Below, one piece after another: positions 59,301-64,000 of a stretch of DNA of 64,000 nucleotides. Source of the DNA: Anaeramoeba ignava BMAN. Lineage: Eukaryota > Protista > Anaeramoebae. The stretch is from the NCBI GenBank assembly GCA_028826165.1, contig JAPDFW010000063.1, forward strand, positions 1,116,001-1,180,000, written 5' to 3'. A program made the translations under genes and the position numbers. The notes below the pieces were generated by a model. The model was not told the origin of the DNA. It did not search any database and saw nothing but the letters and a program-made list of their open reading frames with translations. How positions within the stretch are numbered: the first letter of the stretch is position 1; the number at the start of each line of letters is the position of its first letter.

Positions 59301-61112
59301 ATGAATGAAATTTTATTTTTTGGTTTAAATGACAAACCAATTCTTTTAAAAAATGAAGCAAATGAAATAAAAAAACCAATTCAATTTAAATTTGAAAATG
59401 AAAATGAAAATGAAAATGAAAAACAAATTAAACAAATTTCATCAAGTTTTTTTTCAACAATTTTCCTTTTTGAAAATGGAAAAGCAATAGAATATTTAAA
59501 TGAAGATATGTATGGAGATGGAGATCTATATGAAGACGAAGATGAAAATGAAAATAATTCAAATCAAAATCCTGAAAAAATCCAAATTGAAGAAAATATT
59601 CAAAAAGTAACTGTTGGTCATGAAGATGAAGCTATTTTAACAATAGAAGGAAATGTATTTGCCAAAGGAAAAGAAATTAATTCAAAAAATCCAAAAGAAT
59701 TTATCAATATTTCATCATTAATTGAAGATACAAATGATAGAATAATTGAAGATATTGTTTCTGGAAATAGTTCAATTTACTTATTAACTTCAAATCAAAA
59801 TGTTTATGGAATTGGTGATAATCAATATGACCAACTTGGTTTTGATTCTGAAACACTTGAAAAAACAGAAAAACCAATTTTAATGATGAAAAATGTTTCT
59901 AAAATATTTTCAGGAAGTTCTTCATATCATGTTTTTCTTTTAAATTCAAATCAAGAATTATTTGGATATGGATTCAATTATCATGGTCAAGTTGGATTAG
60001 GAGAATCAAGAAAAAAAGAAACAAAAATCCAAAATATTCCAAAAGGTAAAATAATTGATATTAAATGTGGGCTTGACCATTCAATAATGTTGATTGAAAA
60101 TCAAAATCAAAATCCAAAAAGAAAACTTTATTCATGTGGATATTCTGAATATAATGGACTTGGCAAAGATGAAAATACTTATGAATTTACTGAAATCAAA
60201 TCATCTTTATTTGAAAATGATGATGATATTATTGATATTTCTGTTGGATGTTATCATACTTTGATTTTAACTTCCAATTCAAAATTAATAGGATTTGGAT
60301 ATAATTATTATGGTCAATTAGGAACTGAAGATAAAGAAAATCAATTAATTCCAATTCAAATTGAACTTCCTAAATTAAGATTTAATGAAGATATTTCCAA
60401 TTATCATGTTTCTTGTGGATATCATAGATCATTTCTTTATTATTCTCCTCCTTCTTTTTCCAATCTTGAAGAAGATTTGATAAAACTATTTAAAAGAAAA
60501 GAATTTTGTAATATTTCATTTAAAACCAAAAATGGAGAAATAATTGAAGCTCATAAATTAATATTGAAATATAGATTAAATCAAAATCAAAATGAAATTG
60601 AAAAACTTCAAGAAATTATTTCAAAAAAATCAATTAAAGAATCAAATCAAATATTTGAAATGATTTATTCAAACAGAATAATAAATCCAGAATTATATTC
60701 TGAAATTAAAAAAATTATAAATTTAAATGAAAAAATTGAAGAAACAATGAAAAGAATTTATTTAAATGAAAATGAAAATGAAAATGAAAAAGATTTTATA
60801 ATTGAAAGAAAAGAAAAACAATATAAATTTCCAAAATTAATATTAATAATGAGAAGTGAATTATATCGAGGAATGTTTTTATCTGTAACAAATGATACTT
60901 CTAATAAAGTTACAGATTATAGTGAATTAAGTAATAAATCATTTCAAATATTTGAATATTGGATTTATTCAAATCAAATTAAAGAAGAAATTCAAATTAC
61001 ACAAGAAATAATTAATGAATTAGAAACTGGAATTGATTATTTTCAATTAAACCAAACAAATCCAAATTTATTTGATTTATTAATTAACAAATTTAATAAT
61101 CAAAATCAATAA
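59301..61112 (+). CDS. RCC1-BTB protein (copy 4)
   Basis: 603-aa ORF with the same architecture and an acidic insert DMYGDGDLYEDED. Confidence 0.9.
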   Translation: MNEILFFGLNDKPILLKNEANEIKKPIQFKFENENENENEKQIKQISSSFFSTIFLFENGKAIEYLNEDMYGDGDLYEDEDENENNSNQNPEKIQIEENIQKVTVGHEDEAILTIEGNVFAKGKEINSKNPKEFINISSLIEDTNDRIIEDIVSGNSSIYLLTSNQNVYGIGDNQYDQLGFDSETLEKTEKPILMMKNVSKIFSGSSSYHVFLLNSNQELFGYGFNYHGQVGLGESRKKETKIQNIPKGKIIDIKCGLDHSIMLIENQNQNPKRKLYSCGYSEYNGLGKDENTYEFTEIKSSLFENDDDIIDISVGCYHTLILTSNSKLIGFGYNYYGQLGTEDKENQLIPIQIELPKLRFNEDISNYHVSCGYHRSFLYYSPPSFSNLEEDLIKLFKRKEFCNISFKTKNGEIIEAHKLILKYRLNQNQNEIEKLQEIISKKSIKESNQIFEMIYSNRIINPELYSEIKKIINLNEKIEETMKRIYLNENENENEKDFIIERKEKQYKFPKLILIMRSELYRGMFLSVTNDTSNKVTDYSELSNKSFQIFEYWIYSNQIKEEIQITQEIINELETGIDYFQLNQTNPNLFDLLINKFNNQNQ

Positions 61113-61525
61113 AAAATAAGAATAGGTTTAATTTAATATTTAATTTATAAATTAATTTAAAAATATAATTTAATATTTAATTTTATTATTAAAATAATAA
61201 TTTATTGTTTTAGATTTAAATATTTTATTATTTAAATATTTAACATATAAATATAAAAAATAAGAATAGATTTAATTTAATATTTAATTTATAAATTAAT
61301 TTAAAAATATAATTTAATATTTAATTTTATTATTAAAATAATAATTTAATGTTTTAGATTTAATTATTTTATTATTTAAATATTTAGCATATAAATATAA
61401 AAAATGAAAATAGATTTAATTTAATATTTAATTTAATATTTAATTTAAAAATATAATTTAATATTTAATTTTATTATTAAAATAATAATTTAATGTTTTA
61501 GATTTAAATATTTTATTATTTAAAA
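61111..61525. repeat. 144-bp tandem repeat, about 2.9 copies
   Basis: The unit start AAAAAATAAGAATAG recurs at about 61111, 61255 and 61399. Confidence 0.85.
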
Positions 61526-61898
61526 ATATTTTGAAAATTGATTTTTGAAATTAAAATTTTATCTTTTTTTTGAATTAAATTGAATTAATATTAATTTGGA
61601 AATTTGTTTTTAAATTTAAATTTATTAATAATTTTTAAATTCAAAAAAAAAAATTAAATTAAAAATTAAATTAAAATAATTTTTCCTTTTTTTTTAATAA
61701 AAAATTAATAAAAAATAATAATAATTTTTTATTAATAAATTAATTTAAAATAATAAATTAAAAAGAAAATTAAATTAATTATTAATTTAAATTTATTCTT
61801 ATTTTTTATATTTTTATTTTTTTTTTAAATTTAAAATCCACTTTTTATTCATTTTTTTTCAATTTTTTTTTTCATTTTTTTCCTTTTTAAAAACAAAA

Positions 61899-63779
61899 AT
61901 GAATAATAAAAAACAACACAAAAATGAAAACAAAAACAAAAAACAACATAAACACAAACATCAGCATAAACATCAACACAAAACAAACAAAATGGACAAG
62001 AAGGATAATAACAATAACAATAACAATAACAATAACAATAACAATAACGATAACAATAATAATAACCAAATTGAAAATGCAAATCAAAATGAAAATGAAA
62101 ATGAAATGAAAAATTTAGAAAAAAAAGTAACAAAAAATTTAATTAAAAATTATTCAAATCTTTTAAATGGAAATTCATTTAAAGATTTTTCAATTTTTGT
62201 TGAGAATAAATCAAATCCTTTTGAAATTAAAGTTCATAAATCAATTTTATCTTCAAGATCTCCTTTTTTTAATGAGTTATTAAAAGAGAAAAATCATCTT
62301 AATTCTATTTCTTTAAATCAATTTAATAAAAAAGAAATGGAATCAATTTTGAGTTATATTTATTATGGAAATATTTCTTTTGAGAATCAAGAAAATCTTA
62401 TTCAATTATTGGAAATTTCAATTTATTTTAAATTAAATTTATTGAAAGAAATTATTCAAAAAAAAATTTCAAATTCAATTAATTATTCAAATTTTTTCCA
62501 ATTTTTATTCCAAAATCGAAATTTAAATTCAAATGAAATTGAAATAAAATGTTTTGAATTAATAAATCAAAATTTTTCCCAAATTCAGAATAATGAGAAT
62601 TTATTCAATTTAACTAAAGAAGAAATTATCAAATTTATTCAATTTAAACAAGAAAAAAAAGAAATTTTTCAATTTGATTTTTTTCAATTTTTAAATAATT
62701 GGATTAAAAAAAGAAATAAATCATTAAAATTAAAGAAATATGAACACAAAATGAATGAAAAGAAAAGATTATTTCATTCTTTTTTTTCATTATTTGATAA
62801 AGATTCAATTTCAAAACAAGATTTTGATAAATTAAAACAATTTGATTTTTTTCTTCCAAATTCTTTCTTAATTCATTTTGAAAGAACTATTTTTGAAATT
62901 CAAGATCAAGAAAAAGAAACAAAAATCAAAGAAAAAGAAAAGAAAATTAAAAGAAGAGATAAAAGAATTAAATCATTTCAATCAGAAAACCAAAATTTGA
63001 AATCTGAAAATAAGAAGAAAGAAAAGGAAATTGAAGAGAAATGGAAGAAAGAAATTGAAGATAAAAACAAAGAAATTGAAGATAAAGAGAAAGAAAATCA
63101 ACAAATGAAAATTGAAATTGAAGATAAAAACAAAGAAGTTGAGAAAATGAAACCTGTTTTTGATGAATATGAAAAAGAATTTGAAGAAATCCAAAAGAAA
63201 TTAGAACCAATCAAAAAGAATTTTCCTCAATTTTCAGAAACAAGAATTATTAAAGATATTGAATATGTTAAGAAATTACAAGAATGGATAAATGATAATG
63301 ATTTTTTTTCTAAAATGAAAAAAGGATTTTCAGCAAAAAGAGATGGATTTAATTCTCAAAATTGGCATAAAGCAGTTGATGGGAAAGGAAAAACATTAGT
63401 TATTATCAAAACAAAACAAAATTTTATTTTTGGAGGTTTTACTCAAGTTGGATGGAATAGAGGTACAAGATGGAGTAAAGACTCAAATGCATTTATTTTT
63501 TCATTAAGAAATGATAAAGGAGATAGAATACCTGCAAAGTTTACAATTAAAAAAGGTCAAGAACAATGGGCAATTTATTCTGATTTAAGTTATGGTCCAA
63601 TATTTGGTGATGGAAGTGATATTTATTTAGTTTCTAATTTACAATCTGGTTATTCAAATTTTGGTTGTACTTATAATCTACCTAATGGAATTACTTATAA
63701 TACAGATTCAGGTAAAAGTTATTTAGCTGGTTCTTATAATAATTGGGTTGTTGATGAACTTGAAACTTATTTCATTTAA
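61899..63779 (+). CDS. BTB/POZ - BACK-like - coiled coil - TLDc protein
   Basis: FKDFSIFV..IKVHKSILSSRSPFF..ILSYIYYG (BTB); AKRDGFNSQNWH..DGKGKTLVIIKT..IFGGFT..DSNAFIFSL..YGPIFG..YLAGS..VDELETY (TLDc). Confidence 0.9.
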   Translation: MNNKKQHKNENKNKKQHKHKHQHKHQHKTNKMDKKDNNNNNNNNNNNNNNDNNNNNQIENANQNENENEMKNLEKKVTKNLIKNYSNLLNGNSFKDFSIFVENKSNPFEIKVHKSILSSRSPFFNELLKEKNHLNSISLNQFNKKEMESILSYIYYGNISFENQENLIQLLEISIYFKLNLLKEIIQKKISNSINYSNFFQFLFQNRNLNSNEIEIKCFELINQNFSQIQNNENLFNLTKEEIIKFIQFKQEKKEIFQFDFFQFLNNWIKKRNKSLKLKKYEHKMNEKKRLFHSFFSLFDKDSISKQDFDKLKQFDFFLPNSFLIHFERTIFEIQDQEKETKIKEKEKKIKRRDKRIKSFQSENQNLKSENKKKEKEIEEKWKKEIEDKNKEIEDKEKENQQMKIEIEDKNKEVEKMKPVFDEYEKEFEEIQKKLEPIKKNFPQFSETRIIKDIEYVKKLQEWINDNDFFSKMKKGFSAKRDGFNSQNWHKAVDGKGKTLVIIKTKQNFIFGGFTQVGWNRGTRWSKDSNAFIFSLRNDKGDRIPAKFTIKKGQEQWAIYSDLSYGPIFGDGSDIYLVSNLQSGYSNFGCTYNLPNGITYNTDSGKSYLAGSYNNWVVDELETYFI

Positions 63780-64000
63780 AAATTAATTAATAATAAGAAA
63801 ATCAAACTTTTTTTTTTTAATTTTTTTTTTCAAAATTTAATTCAATTTTAATTTACTTTTAATCAAATTAATTTCTTTAAAATAATAAATAAGAAACAAA
63901 TTTTAATTTTAAATAATTTAATTTTAATTTAAAATATTTATTAAAAATTTAATTAATAAAAATAATCCAAAAAAAAAAAATAATAAATTTTAAAAAATTG

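Noticed and set aside
1-64000. Alternative genetic code, RNA genes or transposase/reverse-transcriptase genes
   Set aside because: TAA, TAG and TGA all end conserved proteins at expected positions, and no tRNA, rRNA or mobile-element ORFs were recognisable.

Overview
Extremely AT-rich, gene-dense eukaryotic (protist) nuclear DNA read in the standard genetic code, with spliceosomal introns. RCC1-BTB and BTB-TLDc family members, poly-NQ/EN tracts and a Trichomonas-like TCATTT initiator motif suggest an anaerobic metamonad such as Anaeramoeba; this is inference, not verified. I support about 25 protein genes: a 5'-truncated unknown ORF, exportin-7, a low-complexity protein, MOB1, an MTH1187-family thiamine-binding protein, GH38 alpha-mannosidase, four RCC1-BTB paralogs in two tandem pairs, GNB1L/Asa1, a secreted rhodanese, Ras, a homeobox protein, an SH3 protein, divergent DRC4/GAS8-like and DRC9/IQCG-like proteins, TIS11/ZFP36, TACC, TRRAP/Tra1 (three frame breaks), SF3B6, a double-PHD protein, an NCoR/Snt1-like protein and BTB-TLDc. 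Two genes are absent from the ORF track and were rebuilt by hand from splice sites: SF3B6, and a 13-exon gene (14279-17750) for a signal-peptide, putatively GPI-anchored protein with RTX-like Gly/Asp motifs, a 32-nt GC-AG intron and 12-nt and 4-nt micro-exons. The main points of interest are that gene, the blade-loop-hypervariable RCC1-BTB family, introns inflated to 0.6-2.5 kb by 6/12/18-bp repeats, bacterial-type genes, and nucleosome-sized satellites. All family assignments come from recalled motifs; no searches were run.
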